Positions 1 through 9,457 of a DNA stretch of 64,000 bases are shown here, one piece after another (the first letter of the stretch is position 1; every line of letters starts with the position of its first letter). Under the pieces are notes generated by a model, which worked only from the letters and a program-made list of their open reading frames with translations, searched no databases and was not told the DNA's origin. The position numbers and the translations under genes are program-made. Source of the stretch: Candidatus Latescibacterota bacterium (GTDB lineage: Bacteria; Latescibacterota; UBA2968); assembly GCA_965116885.1 (NCBI GenBank), contig OZ220741.1, positions 992,001 through 1,056,000 on the forward strand. The letters are read 5' to 3'.

Positions 1-201
1 TCCAACGAACGCATCCTGCGCGGCTGCAAATACGGAAGCGCGAGAATCTATGACGACTTCCCGCGCATGGTCGAACTCTACCTCGCCGGAAAACTAAAAA
101 TCGACGAACTCGTAACCCGGCGATTTGATCTCGAAGGCGCAAACGAAGCATTTGACGCCCTGGCCGCTGGAGAAGTCGCGCGGGGGTTGATCGTCTTCTA
201 A
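1..201 (+). CDS. Zn-dependent alcohol dehydrogenase (class III-like), 3' end only
   Basis: Frame 1 reads ERILRGCKYGSARIYDDFPRMVELYLAGKLKIDELVTRRFDLEGANEAFDALAAGEVARGLIVF*, the typical C-terminus of Zn-ADH/formaldehyde dehydrogenase-like proteins. Confidence 0.85.
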   Translation, partial: SNERILRGCKYGSARIYDDFPRMVELYLAGKLKIDELVTRRFDLEGANEAFDALAAGEVARGLIVF

Positions 202-612
202 TCAAAGACTATCTACGGGACTGGAGGCAGGAAAAATAGTAGTAATAGCGTGCTGCGTAAGCGAATCTGAAAACGAAACCCGGGGAGAATCGGTACGGCT
301 CGTATCCATAACAGCAGCTGGGGACTCGGGAGACCGTACCGCCGTGGGATCGGACTGCGACTTGCGGATACCCAAAACCGCAAACAGAACAATCCCCATC
401 GCAAAAGCCATCTGATAAACGGGCCAGCGCACCGGAAATCTGAGAGAACGCAACACATTGAACCCACCGCGTTCTCGCGCAGACATCTGAGCAACAACAG
501 CATTGCGAATCGCCGGATCGGGTTCAAGACCGCCGGTCCTGGGAACTGCGAGCACTTGCCTCAACACCCCATCCACACTCTCTTTCTTTTTAAACGGAAT
601 AACCCGCCTCAT
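202..612 (-). CDS. Putative single-TM anti-sigma factor
   Basis: Directly downstream of the ECF sigma gene; GAGGAG RBS 6 nt before ATG at 612; one hydrophobic segment (MAFAMGIVLFAVLGI). Confidence 0.55.
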   Translation of the reverse strand: MRRVIPFKKKESVDGVLRQVLAVPRTGGLEPDPAIRNAVVAQMSARERGGFNVLRSLRFPVRWPVYQMAFAMGIVLFAVLGIRKSQSDPTAVRSPESPAAVMDTSRTDSPRVSFSDSLTQHAITTIFPASSPVDSL

Positions 613-622
613 ATCCATCTCC

Positions 623-1225
623 TCATCCACACAGGGAGTTTCGCCCCTGAAGTCTCTCTGCCAACTTCTGCGTAACATGGTGAAGCCTCGATTTAACCGT
701 CCCCTCCGGACACTGGAGAATCTGGCTAATCTCTCGAATACTGCGACACTCCTGATGCCGCAATAAAAACGTCGTACGCTGATCCACACTGAGCTTATCC
801 AACTCATCCATCAGCGCGCGCAAAAAAGCCCGTTCATCGCACGCCTTTTCTATGGCATAAGCCCCATCAACCCACCCACAATGCATATCGATATCGGGGT
901 CATTAACCACAATTTTCCGCACACTCTGCTTGCGATACTCGTTCTTGCACATATTGTGTGCAACCGTATAAAGCCAGGACGCAAAGGCATTGCCCCGCTT
1001 AAAACGGGCGGGCTTCTCGACAATCTTCAAAAACAAATCCTGTAAAAAATCCTGCGCCTTCTCCTCATCTCCCCCCAGCATGCGATGAAAATAGTAAAGC
1101 ATCCGCTTGCTATATCGGGTATAGAGTTCGTCAAATGCGGCCGTATCACTCCGCTGAATGCGGGCCATGAGCTTTTCATCGGAAAGCGTGTGATATTTTC
1201 TCAGGAACATAAAAAACCAAACCAT
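623..1225 (-). CDS. ECF sigma-70 factor
   Basis: SDEKLM..AFDELY..AQDFLQDLFLK region 2 and EISQILQCPEGTVKSRLH region 4; start could be 1210. Confidence 0.95.
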   Translation of the reverse strand: MVWFFMFLRKYHTLSDEKLMARIQRSDTAAFDELYTRYSKRMLYYFHRMLGGDEEKAQDFLQDLFLKIVEKPARFKRGNAFASWLYTVAHNMCKNEYRKQSVRKIVVNDPDIDMHCGWVDGAYAIEKACDERAFLRALMDELDKLSVDQRTTFLLRHQECRSIREISQILQCPEGTVKSRLHHVTQKLAERLQGRNSLCG

Positions 1226-1290
1226 GCGTGATTTATAGCGCGTTTCTACTTATTGCATACACCTGTTGTATCAAAAGGTTCAAATTTTTT

Positions 1291-1761
1291 TTACTGCATA
1301 ACATCAGCTTCTACGAAAAACTCGACCTTACAGTTCACAATATGAAATAACGCGAGCATTTGCCGAACAGACTTTCGATAATTGGTCTGGTCGAGAAGGC
1401 GGTAGTATTGCGCGGGCGATGTACCGAGCCGACGAATAATCTCACGGGTACTCAACGGCGACTTCTCCACAGCCTCCCGAACTCGACATGTCAACTCATA
1501 GAGCAACAAATCTGCCATATAACCGGGATCGCGATTGTATTCGAGCACATGATCGATATGAACGGTCCCCTCATCCCCGGAAGCGAGCACATAGACAAAC
1601 CCCTCATTATTCAACTCCGGATCCACATAAACATTGACAACCCAGCGCCCTTTTTGCGGTATTGGTCGCACAACCGCATAGGGAAACACATAGGTATTAT
1701 TGTACGTATAAACCTCAAAAGCCTTCTTCCGATTATTCGGCACAACTCTTCGAATTTTCAA
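1291..1761 (-). CDS. HTH-containing putative antitoxin partner of DUF4160 protein
   Basis: C-terminal HTH (LSTREIIRRLGTSPAQYYRLL); 4-nt overlap with upstream DUF4160 gene. Confidence 0.6.
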   Translation of the reverse strand: MKIRRVVPNNRKKAFEVYTYNNTYVFPYAVVRPIPQKGRWVVNVYVDPELNNEGFVYVLASGDEGTVHIDHVLEYNRDPGYMADLLLYELTCRVREAVEKSPLSTREIIRRLGTSPAQYYRLLDQTNYRKSVRQMLALFHIVNCKVEFFVEADVMQ

Positions 1762-1952
1762 AGCGCTCCCCTATCTTGCAATTCTTGTATATATTTTAAA
1801 ATTTGACCCGTCGGCTTTCCCTTCATCGCCCTATTGTTTTCTAAATCCCACTTAACGACCAGCTTGCCTGACCGATAGACGTGAACGTGCCTTGGGGGAT
1901 GGTCGCCAGCCCAAAACACAAAAATGAAATTTCCTCGCCGAATTCTACCCAT
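1758..1952 (-). CDS. DUF4160-family (HicA/DhiT-like) putative toxin
   Basis: MGRIRRGNFIFVFWAGDHPPRHVHV, matching the DUF4160 DH.P.HVHV motif; 64 aa. Confidence 0.8.
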   Translation of the reverse strand: MGRIRRGNFIFVFWAGDHPPRHVHVYRSGKLVVKWDLENNRAMKGKPTGQILKYIQELQDRGAL

Positions 1953-1959
1953 TCTTAAA

Positions 1960-1979
1960 TGTAACCATACATGGTTACA
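1960..1979. promoter_or_regulatory. Palindromic operator upstream of the DUF4160 TA pair
   Basis: Perfect inverted repeat TGTAACCAT-ac-ATGGTTACA 8 nt upstream of the ATG. Confidence 0.6.
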
Positions 1980-2173
1980 CTTGTCAAGAGCGGACACAGA
2001 AGAATTTTGATTTATGTCGTAGAGGGATTTTTGAGTAGGAGGGAAAGGGGAATATTTCTATGCATCTGTTGTGTCAAAAGGTTCAAACTATTTTAATTTT
2101 TTATTTATATTGAGGGGAGTGTATGTCATTAATTTTTAATCTATACAACCCCCTCAATTAAATCGGAGACACA

Positions 2174-3283
2174 ATGGAACGAGTAAAACGTCGCGACTTC
2201 ATAAAAAAAGCCGGACTTGCCGGCGGTGCTGCACTATTGGCGGGCTGTGCATCCCCCCAGGAAACCGGAGCACCTGCTGTACAAACGCGCAAAAAATACG
2301 AATGGAAAATGGTCACAACCTGGCCGCCGCACTTTCCCATCCTGGGAGAATCTGCTGAACACATCGCCAAATGGGCAGAAGAAATGTCCGAAGGCCAGCT
2401 CAAAATACAGGTCTATGGCGGCGGCGAACTCATCCCCCCCCTCGAAGGCTTTGACGCCGTCAGCGCGGGAACCGCGGAAATGTGTCACGGCGCCGCGTAT
2501 TACTGGGCGGGAAAAGCGCAGGCAACACAATTCTTTGCCTCTGTACCCTTTGGCATGAACGCCCAACAAATGAACGCCTGGATCACCAGCGGCGGCGGCC
2601 TCGCCTTATGGGAAGAACTCTACGCCCCATTTAACCTCATCCCCATCCCCGCAGGCAACAGCGGCGTACAAATGGGCGGCTGGTTCAACCGCGAAATCAA
2701 CGCCGTAAGCGACTTACAGGGCCTCAAAATGCGCATCCCGGGCCTCGGCGGCAAAGTCATCTCCAAAGCCGGCGGATCCGCTATCTTATCAGCCGGAGCA
2801 GAAATCTTCACCAACCTCGAGCGCGGCGTCATCGACGCAACCGAATGGATCGGACCCTACCACGACGCACTCATGGGCTTTTACAAAGCCGCCAAATACT
2901 ACTACTATCCCGGCTGGCACGAACCCGGCACCGTCATAGAACTCATCATCAACAAATCCGCATATCAGACCCTGCCCAAAAACCTGCAAGACATCGTGCG
3001 AACCGCCGCCGCGCGCGCAAATGCCTGGGCACTATCGGAATTTGAAGCCAAAAACAATGCACATCTGCAAACCCTCACAAAAGACCACAACGTCGTACTA
3101 AAAAGATTCCCCGACGAAGTCCTCAACACACTTCAAAAATATGCTGAGGAAGTCGTAGATGAACTCGTCGCAGCCGATGCCATGAGCAAAAAAGTATATG
3201 AATCATTTGAAGCATTTCGCAAACAAATGAACGGCTGGGCGGCGATATCCGAGAAAATCTATTACGAGAATTTGAGTGCATGA
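2174..3283 (+). CDS. dctP: TRAP transporter substrate-binding protein (DctP/TakP-like), Tat lipoprotein-like signal
   Basis: RRDFIKK twin-Arg and LLAGC lipobox; WKMVTTWP, LKMRIPG, LERGVIDATEW, YYYPGWHEPG motifs. Confidence 0.95.
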   Translation: MERVKRRDFIKKAGLAGGAALLAGCASPQETGAPAVQTRKKYEWKMVTTWPPHFPILGESAEHIAKWAEEMSEGQLKIQVYGGGELIPPLEGFDAVSAGTAEMCHGAAYYWAGKAQATQFFASVPFGMNAQQMNAWITSGGGLALWEELYAPFNLIPIPAGNSGVQMGGWFNREINAVSDLQGLKMRIPGLGGKVISKAGGSAILSAGAEIFTNLERGVIDATEWIGPYHDALMGFYKAAKYYYYPGWHEPGTVIELIINKSAYQTLPKNLQDIVRTAAARANAWALSEFEAKNNAHLQTLTKDHNVVLKRFPDEVLNTLQKYAEEVVDELVAADAMSKKVYESFEAFRKQMNGWAAISEKIYYENLSA

Positions 3284-3286
3284 CCG

Positions 3287-4606
3287 CTATCCCCCAAAAT
3301 ACCTGGGCAGAGACGTCGCCATCTCGGGAAACGCGATCACGAGCGTCAGCCCGATAAGCTGAATAATAATAAACGGAATAATCCCCCGATAAATATGGCC
3401 CGTGCGGACCTCGGGCGGGGCGACCCCCTTCAGATAAAAAAGTGAAAAACCAAAAGGCGGGGTCAAAAAAGACGTCTGCAAATTCATCGCAATCAGAATA
3501 CCCAACCACAGAAGATCCACCCCCAACGCCACAAAAATAGGCGCCACAACCGGAACAATAATAAACGTAATCTCGATAAAATCGATAAAAAATCCCGCCA
3601 CAAAAATCATAACCATCACAAGCGCGAGAAACGCCCCCGGACTCATATTCGTCGAAAGAATCAAATTCGTCAAATACGCATCCCCGTGCATACCGCGAAA
3701 CACCAGACCAAACGCCGTAGCACCCACCAAAATAATAAAAACCATACACGTCAGATGGGTCGTCTCCACCATCACCGACTTCAGCGTCGCAAAAGAAAAC
3801 TTCTTTTGCAACACCGTCAAAAGCGTCGCGCCAAACGCACCCACGGCCGCTGCCTCGGTAGGTGAAGCAATCCCCGCAAAAATAGAACCCAGCACCGCAA
3901 CAAAGAGAACAGCAGGCAGAACAAACGCCTGAAAAACGCGCCGCACCATCGCCCTGCCGTAAAACTGCGCGAGTTCTTCCTCTGGCATTGCCGGTGCCCA
4001 TTCGGACTTAAAAATCGCGATCAAAACAAGATAAACCACATAGAGCAATACCAGAACAAAACCCGGCACCACAGCACCCACAAACATATCCCAAATCGAA
4101 ACATTCAGCACACTACCCAACAGCACCAGCACAATACTCGGCGGAATAATCTGCCCCAAAGTACCCGACGCCGAAATCGTCCCCGTCGCCACCTCCGCAC
4201 GGTATCCCCGCTTCAGCATCGTTGGCAAACTCAGCAAACCCATCGTAACCACAGTCGCGCCCACAATACCCGTAGAAGCCCCGAACAGCGCCCCCACAGC
4301 AACCACAGAAATCGCCAGACCCCCGCGCAAATGACCAAAAAGCAACGCCATTGTCTCCAACAAATTCTCAGCCAAACCGGACTTCTCCAGCATCACCCCC
4401 ATAAACACAAACAAAGGCACGGCAATCAGCACATAATTCGTCATCACACCCCAGATACGCAGAGGCAAAAGATTGAAAAAAGCGGGACCAAACGTAAAAT
4501 AGCCCAAAATAAAAGAAACACCACCCAGCGTAAACGCAACCGGAAAACCGAGCAAAAGCAAAAGAAAAAGAACGCCAAACAGAATCAAAGGCATCGCCTC
4601 AATCAT
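3287..4606 (-). CDS. dctM: TRAP transporter large permease
   Basis: GFPVAFTLG, ASGTLGQIIPPSIVL, QTSFLTPPFGFSLFYLKG motifs. Confidence 0.95.
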   Translation of the reverse strand: MIEAMPLILFGVLFLLLLLGFPVAFTLGGVSFILGYFTFGPAFFNLLPLRIWGVMTNYVLIAVPLFVFMGVMLEKSGLAENLLETMALLFGHLRGGLAISVVAVGALFGASTGIVGATVVTMGLLSLPTMLKRGYRAEVATGTISASGTLGQIIPPSIVLVLLGSVLNVSIWDMFVGAVVPGFVLVLLYVVYLVLIAIFKSEWAPAMPEEELAQFYGRAMVRRVFQAFVLPAVLFVAVLGSIFAGIASPTEAAAVGAFGATLLTVLQKKFSFATLKSVMVETTHLTCMVFIILVGATAFGLVFRGMHGDAYLTNLILSTNMSPGAFLALVMVMIFVAGFFIDFIEITFIIVPVVAPIFVALGVDLLWLGILIAMNLQTSFLTPPFGFSLFYLKGVAPPEVRTGHIYRGIIPFIIIQLIGLTLVIAFPEMATSLPRYFGG

Positions 4607-5127
4607 CCATCCACCTCCTCATTGTCCCCCAGGACGGAGAGCAAAGACCGACACGCCAGACCCAGCCCCTGTAGCAAAAGCAGAACAAAACCCAGAGGAA
4701 TAGCCGCCTTGAGCACCCACCGCGCGGGCAGACCCCCCGGATTGGGTGACGTCTCCCCAATGTGAAAAGCACTAACCACAAAATACTGCGAACTCACAAT
4801 CACAATAATGCAAAACGGAATCAAAAACAGAACGCTACCAACCAGATTCACCCACGCCTTCTTACGGGCGGAAAACCGACTGTAAAACACATCCACGCGC
4901 ACATGCTGATCGTGCTTGAGCGAATACGCAGCCCCAAGCAAAAAAATAAGCCCGAACAAATGCCATTCCAACTCCTGAACAGCCACCAGGCTATTCTTCA
5001 ACAAATAGCGGGTAAAAACATCGTAACACACCACCGCCACCAGCACAGCGGTAAGCCACGCAATCGCCCTGCCAACGCGCTCATTTAAACCATCGACAAA
5101 TCGGATATATGCTCTTAAAACCTGCAA
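4603..5127 (-). CDS. dctQ: TRAP transporter small permease
   Basis: QELEWHLF, HVRVDVFY, GETSPNPGGL motifs; likely TTG start at 5127 after GAGGAGG. Confidence 0.92.
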   Translation of the reverse strand: MQVLRAYIRFVDGLNERVGRAIAWLTAVLVAVVCYDVFTRYLLKNSLVAVQELEWHLFGLIFLLGAAYSLKHDQHVRVDVFYSRFSARKKAWVNLVGSVLFLIPFCIIVIVSSQYFVVSAFHIGETSPNPGGLPARWVLKAAIPLGFVLLLLQGLGLACRSLLSVLGDNEEVDG

Positions 5128-5378
5128 AATTTCCTCCTCAAAAAAAGAATCAGGATGTGCAGGATGAAAGGATGAACAGGATAAAATCAAAGCCAGGAGA
5201 AGACAGCGAATAACTTGAGGTTGCTTGTGTAACATCAGAATATAAACAAATTCGCAAAACAGGCAGCAAAATATGACCCTTGGTATAGGATCATTTTTTG
5301 TGTAAATTCAAAATGACATATTAAAATTACACAAAAAACGCGCCCATGAATTACCTCACCCACAAAAAGGAGTAACCC

Positions 5379-6809
5379 ATGCCAAAACAACCGAACATCC
5401 TGCTCTTCATCAGCGACCAGCAGCGCACGGACACCTTGAAATGTTATGGCAACGACTGGATACAATCGCCGCATCAAGACGCATTGGCAGAACGCAGCTT
5501 CGTCTTTGAAAACACCTACGTCACCCAACCCGTATGCACACCCGCGCGCGGATCCCTCATGACCGGCCTGTACCCGCACAACCACGAATGCATGGTCAAC
5601 CGGGACATATTGCGCGACGAAATCCCATCCATCGCAGAAATGCTCCCCGACACCTATCGAAAAGCCATGTTTGGAAAATGGCACCTCGGCGACGACTCCG
5701 TGCGCCAGCACGGCTTTGACGAATGGATCAGCACAGAAGACGACCACCGCAACAAATACTCCCGCCCTGGCCTGCCCTTCAGCAGCTATTACTACTGGAT
5801 GAAAGAACAGGGCATAGAACCCCAAAACAACAGCGCCACCGGAGAAATCATCTTCTCACCGCGCCAGCGATCCCAACTCCCCGCAGAATACCAGATGGGC
5901 ACCTTCATCGCCAACCACTCCGAGCGATTCATCCGGGAAAACACACACCGCCCGTGGCTCCTCGTATTCAGCACATTTGAGCCACACCCCCCAATGACCG
6001 GACCCTACGACGGCATGTACGACCCCGATGCCCTGCCCGTTGGCCCCACCTTCATCAAAAAACCAGAAGGACACGCCTTATTTAACCGCGCCCGCGCAGA
6101 ACACTACCTCAGCAACAGGGTTGAAGGCCAGGACATGCGACAAGAACATTCCTGGCGAAAACTGCGGGCGCAATACTACGGCAACGTAAAAATCATCGAC
6201 GACGCCATCGGCCGCATGGTACAGGCACTGGAAGAAACCGGACAAATGGAAAACACCATCTTTGCCGTCACCAGCGACCACGGCGAAATGGCAGGCGACC
6301 ACGCCATGTTCGAAAAACGCGCATTCTACGAAGAATCCGCGCGCGTCCCCATGATCTTAAGCGTCCCCTATCTCACCCAGACGCAAAAGCGCATCGACGG
6401 CGTCTTTGGACACGCGGACCTGATCGCCACCCTCGTAGAACTCGCCAATCAGCCACTCCCAGACGCCCTCCCGGGCCGCCCGTGTGCCGATGTCTTAACC
6501 GGCGAGGCCGACCTGCGCGACCACACCGCATTCATGGAATGGAACGGCATTGGCGACCGCAACCTGGGCAACCCCAAAATCAACCTCATGGCCACCTTAC
6601 CCTGGCGCTGTGCCGTAACCGGAGACCGATGGAAACTCAACTTATGTGCCGGCGACCAGTGCGAATTATTCGACCTGAACAACGACCCCTATGAAGAAAC
6701 CAACCTCTTTGACGACCCGGCGCACCGCGACCGCGCGCGCGAAATCGCGGCTCGCATTCGCCTGTGGCAACACGAAACAAATGACCACGCGCCATTGCCG
6801 GCGGTATAA
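5379..6809 (+). CDS. Sulfatase (Cys-type, S1 family)
   Basis: PNILLFISDQQR, CTPARGSLMTG (CxPxR), GKWHLG, SDHGEM. Confidence 0.95.
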   Translation: MPKQPNILLFISDQQRTDTLKCYGNDWIQSPHQDALAERSFVFENTYVTQPVCTPARGSLMTGLYPHNHECMVNRDILRDEIPSIAEMLPDTYRKAMFGKWHLGDDSVRQHGFDEWISTEDDHRNKYSRPGLPFSSYYYWMKEQGIEPQNNSATGEIIFSPRQRSQLPAEYQMGTFIANHSERFIRENTHRPWLLVFSTFEPHPPMTGPYDGMYDPDALPVGPTFIKKPEGHALFNRARAEHYLSNRVEGQDMRQEHSWRKLRAQYYGNVKIIDDAIGRMVQALEETGQMENTIFAVTSDHGEMAGDHAMFEKRAFYEESARVPMILSVPYLTQTQKRIDGVFGHADLIATLVELANQPLPDALPGRPCADVLTGEADLRDHTAFMEWNGIGDRNLGNPKINLMATLPWRCAVTGDRWKLNLCAGDQCELFDLNNDPYEETNLFDDPAHRDRAREIAARIRLWQHETNDHAPLPAV

Positions 6810-6842
6810 AGGCAAAGAAGACAGCGAATAACTTGAGCTGTC

Positions 6843-6957
6843 TCACAGATGAACACAGATAAACACAGATGAAAGGCAAAAACCTCTGGATCGCGGCTAA
6901 CACCATGCCGCGATGACAGGCGGTCACACGTAAGGGCGAGGCATGCCTCGCCCCTAC
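6843..6957. repeat. Cluster of three repeat types: (CACAGATRAA)n, CTGGATCGCGG..CCGCGATGAC hairpin, GTAG-REP
   Basis: cacagatgaacacagataaacacagatgaa; cctctggatcgcggctaacaccatgccgcgatgac (6883-6917); gtaagggcgaggcatgcctcgcccctac (6930-6957). Confidence 0.85.
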
Positions 6958-7139
6958 ACGGATTAACAATAACAATTTGCCTTGCAAATAAAAAAAGAAT
7001 GGCTATATTGCATACATTGTGAGAACGCGGAATTTCGGGTATTAGCGGAACTTCCCCTTCCCCACCCATTCGGTCCGACTCTCTGGTCCCGTATCAGAAA
7101 GCGGTGTAGTATGTTTCACATCTCTTGAGGAACCCTGCC

Positions 7140-7352
7140 ATGGACGACGCGGCACTGTTAAAACTGCTGGCGGCTGGGATAGACGAAGACGTTGCGGCTA
7201 CACAACTGAACATTTCTCCCCAACAGGTTAAAGGACGAATCAGAGAATATTTGCAAGCAGGCATCTTAAATTGCAATGGCGAACGCGAAACCATCAACTG
7301 GAAAGCCTTTGGCAAATGGAAAAAACTGGCGCGAACCGTTGAAACCGTATAG
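7140..7352 (+). CDS. Small HTH (LuxR-like) protein
   Basis: LLKLLAAGIDEDVAATQLNISPQQVKGRI resembles a LuxR-type HTH; GAGGA RBS; terminator follows. Confidence 0.55.
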   Translation: MDDAALLKLLAAGIDEDVAATQLNISPQQVKGRIREYLQAGILNCNGERETINWKAFGKWKKLARTVETV

Positions 7353-7382
7353 AAAAAGCAAAATCGGATTATGTAACAAGAT

Positions 7383-7415
7383 GGGCAGTCGCCTGCGAGC
7401 AACTGCCCGTTTTTT
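7383..7415 (+). terminator. Rho-independent terminator
   Basis: gggcagt-cgcctgcgagca-actgccc stem followed by a T-run. Confidence 0.7.
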
Positions 7416-7432
7416 ATCTGAAGAGCGCAAAA

Positions 7433-8635
7433 ATGGGTAGATTGTGTACCGCCATTCTCTTTCTTTTGCACCTTGCAACACCTGCCTCAGCAACACAGGT
7501 ACAAATGGGTGTAGATGTATTTTTGGAACACCACACCCATCTGGTAGCAGACGCACGGATCGGCCTGATCACCAACCCCACCGGACGCACAAAAACAGGC
7601 ACCACAACAATCGCCGCCCTGCAGCAACACCCGGATATAAACCTCGTCGCCCTATTTGCACTTGAACACGGAATCAAAGCAAAAGCAAAAGCTGGCGAAC
7701 ATGTGCGCGACACGCAAATGGACAGCCTCCCCGTATATTCCCTCTACGGAAGCGGTCGCTCCCTGAAATCCGCACTGGACAACATCGATGTCATAATCTA
7801 CGACATACAGGACGTGGGCAGCAGAGCCTATACCTACATCTGGAGCCTTGCCAAAATCATAAAAGCCGCGGGCGAACACGACAAGCGCGTCATCGTCCTC
7901 GACCGCCCCAATCCCCTCGGCGGACTAATAGTAGATGGCCCCATATCCGAAGAAAAAAGGCTATCCCTGGTCGCGGGCCTATATCCAGTACCCCGCGCGT
8001 ATGGACTCACAGCAGGCGAACTCGCGCGGTATCTCAACCGGGAACACATGCTCGCCTGCTCCCTCACAGTCGTCCCCATGGAAGGCTACCAGCGCAACAC
8101 GCGCTGGATAGACATCGGACGCAACTGGATCCCCCCATCGCCCAATATTCCATCGCCTCAGGCTGCCATAACCTTTGCCGCAACCGGAACCATAGGCGCA
8201 TTGGGAACCCTGCACATCGGCATAGACACCGACATGCCCTTTCAAATCGTTGGCGCGCCGTGGATCAACGCAAAAAAAACAGCCCGCGACCTGAACGCCA
8301 TGCAACTGCCCGGCGTAGAATTTCAACCCCTGATATTTGAACCCGACACATGGCTCTTTCGCAACAAAAAAGTACAGGCTATATTCCTGCACATAACAGA
8401 CCCCATCGCCTTTCGCCCAACGCGCACAGAAGTAGCCATACTCGCCCATCTCGTGGCAACATATCCCGAATTCAAAATCCCAAAAGACCGGTATGAGCGC
8501 TTTGACAGCGCCATGGGAACCAGCACCGTGCGCGAAGCCCTCTTAAAAGGCGACAGCGCGCGGGAAATATGGGAAAAATGGGAATCGGGCCTGGAGAAAT
8601 TCGCTACTGTGAGGGAAAAATACTTTTTGTATTAA
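7433..8635 (+). CDS. DUF1343 / NamZ-like exo-beta-N-acetylmuramidase, secreted
   Basis: Signal peptide; IGLITNPTG, LFALEHG, YDIQDVGSRAYTY, VLDRPNP, GLTAGELA, WIPPSPNIPS. Confidence 0.92.
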   Translation: MGRLCTAILFLLHLATPASATQVQMGVDVFLEHHTHLVADARIGLITNPTGRTKTGTTTIAALQQHPDINLVALFALEHGIKAKAKAGEHVRDTQMDSLPVYSLYGSGRSLKSALDNIDVIIYDIQDVGSRAYTYIWSLAKIIKAAGEHDKRVIVLDRPNPLGGLIVDGPISEEKRLSLVAGLYPVPRAYGLTAGELARYLNREHMLACSLTVVPMEGYQRNTRWIDIGRNWIPPSPNIPSPQAAITFAATGTIGALGTLHIGIDTDMPFQIVGAPWINAKKTARDLNAMQLPGVEFQPLIFEPDTWLFRNKKVQAIFLHITDPIAFRPTRTEVAILAHLVATYPEFKIPKDRYERFDSAMGTSTVREALLKGDSAREIWEKWESGLEKFATVREKYFLY

Positions 8636-8720
8636 CCTACCCCCCTAACCCCCCTTCCTAAGAGGAAGGGGGGAACCAGGTCTCCCCTCCCCGTGTCGGG
8701 GAGGGGCCGGGGGAGGGGTC
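8636..8720. repeat. G/C-tract composite palindrome (copy 1)
   Basis: cctaccccctaacccccttcct..aggaagggggg..ctcccctccccg..cggggaggggccgggggagggg; inverted near-identical copy at 15893-15976. Confidence 0.85.
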
Positions 8721-8740
8721 AAAATAAAAAGGAGCACCCC

Positions 8741-9364
8741 ATGCCCGGCGTCATCTTCTGGGATGTCGATACCCAATACGACTTCATCATGCCCGACGGC
8801 AAACTCTATGTCACCGCATCGGAAAAGCGCTTGCCAAACCTCAAAAAACTCACAGACTATGCCAGACAGCGGGGCATCCCCATCTACGGCTCGGTTGACA
8901 ACCACCAGATAGCAGACCCCGAAATCTCCGACAACCCGGACTATCGGGAAACCTTTCCCCCCCACTGCATAGCTGGAACCTCTGGACAAAAAAAAGTACC
9001 CGAAACCCAGCCGCAAAACCCCCTCTGGATCGACCCGGACGCCCCGGGCGACCTCATCGGCCAGGTACAAAAACACCGCGGTGAAATCATCTTTCGCAAA
9101 CAGCGCTTTGACGTCTTCACCAACCCCAACGTCGAACCCGTACTCAACGCCGTTAAACCCGACCGCATCGTCCTCTACGGCGTAGCCCTCGACGTCTGCA
9201 ACGCCTACGCCATTAACGGCTTCTTAAAACGCAACACAGCACCCATCTATCTCGTCCTGGACGCAACACAAGCCATCGACCCCGAACGCGGCGACCGCAT
9301 GGTAGCCGAATGGCGACAACAGGGCGTTGAAATCGTATCCACCGAACAAATTATCAACGCATAA
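8741..9364 (+). CDS. Isochorismatase / nicotinamidase family cysteine hydrolase
   Basis: WDVDTQYDF..DGKLYV, FPPHCIAGT, GVALDVC; AAGGAG RBS before ATG 8741. Confidence 0.9.
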   Translation: MPGVIFWDVDTQYDFIMPDGKLYVTASEKRLPNLKKLTDYARQRGIPIYGSVDNHQIADPEISDNPDYRETFPPHCIAGTSGQKKVPETQPQNPLWIDPDAPGDLIGQVQKHRGEIIFRKQRFDVFTNPNVEPVLNAVKPDRIVLYGVALDVCNAYAINGFLKRNTAPIYLVLDATQAIDPERGDRMVAEWRQQGVEIVSTEQIINA

Positions 9365-9370
9365 AAAAAC

Positions 9371-9432
9371 GGGCGACCACAGGAGGTCGCCCCTACAAAC
9401 ATCAACGTAGGGGACGGCCCCTGTGCCGTCCC
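9371..9432. repeat. Inverted pair of GTAG-type REPs
   Basis: gggcgaccacaggaggtcgcccctac and gtaggggacggcccctgtgccgtccc. Confidence 0.85.
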
Positions 9433-9457
9433 GAAATCGTCAACGCATAAAACGCCC

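Noticed and set aside
7047..7080. SigmaE promoter (GGAACTT) upstream of the small HTH gene
   Set aside because: No convincing -10 element at 16-17 bp spacing
8693..8740. N-terminal ORF extensions (also 5128-5235, 17499-17567, 33335-33565, 46028-46123, 50547-50594, 51170-51319, 57115-57156)
   Set aside because: They run through repeats or neighbouring genes; better starts with an RBS or conserved N-terminus lie downstream
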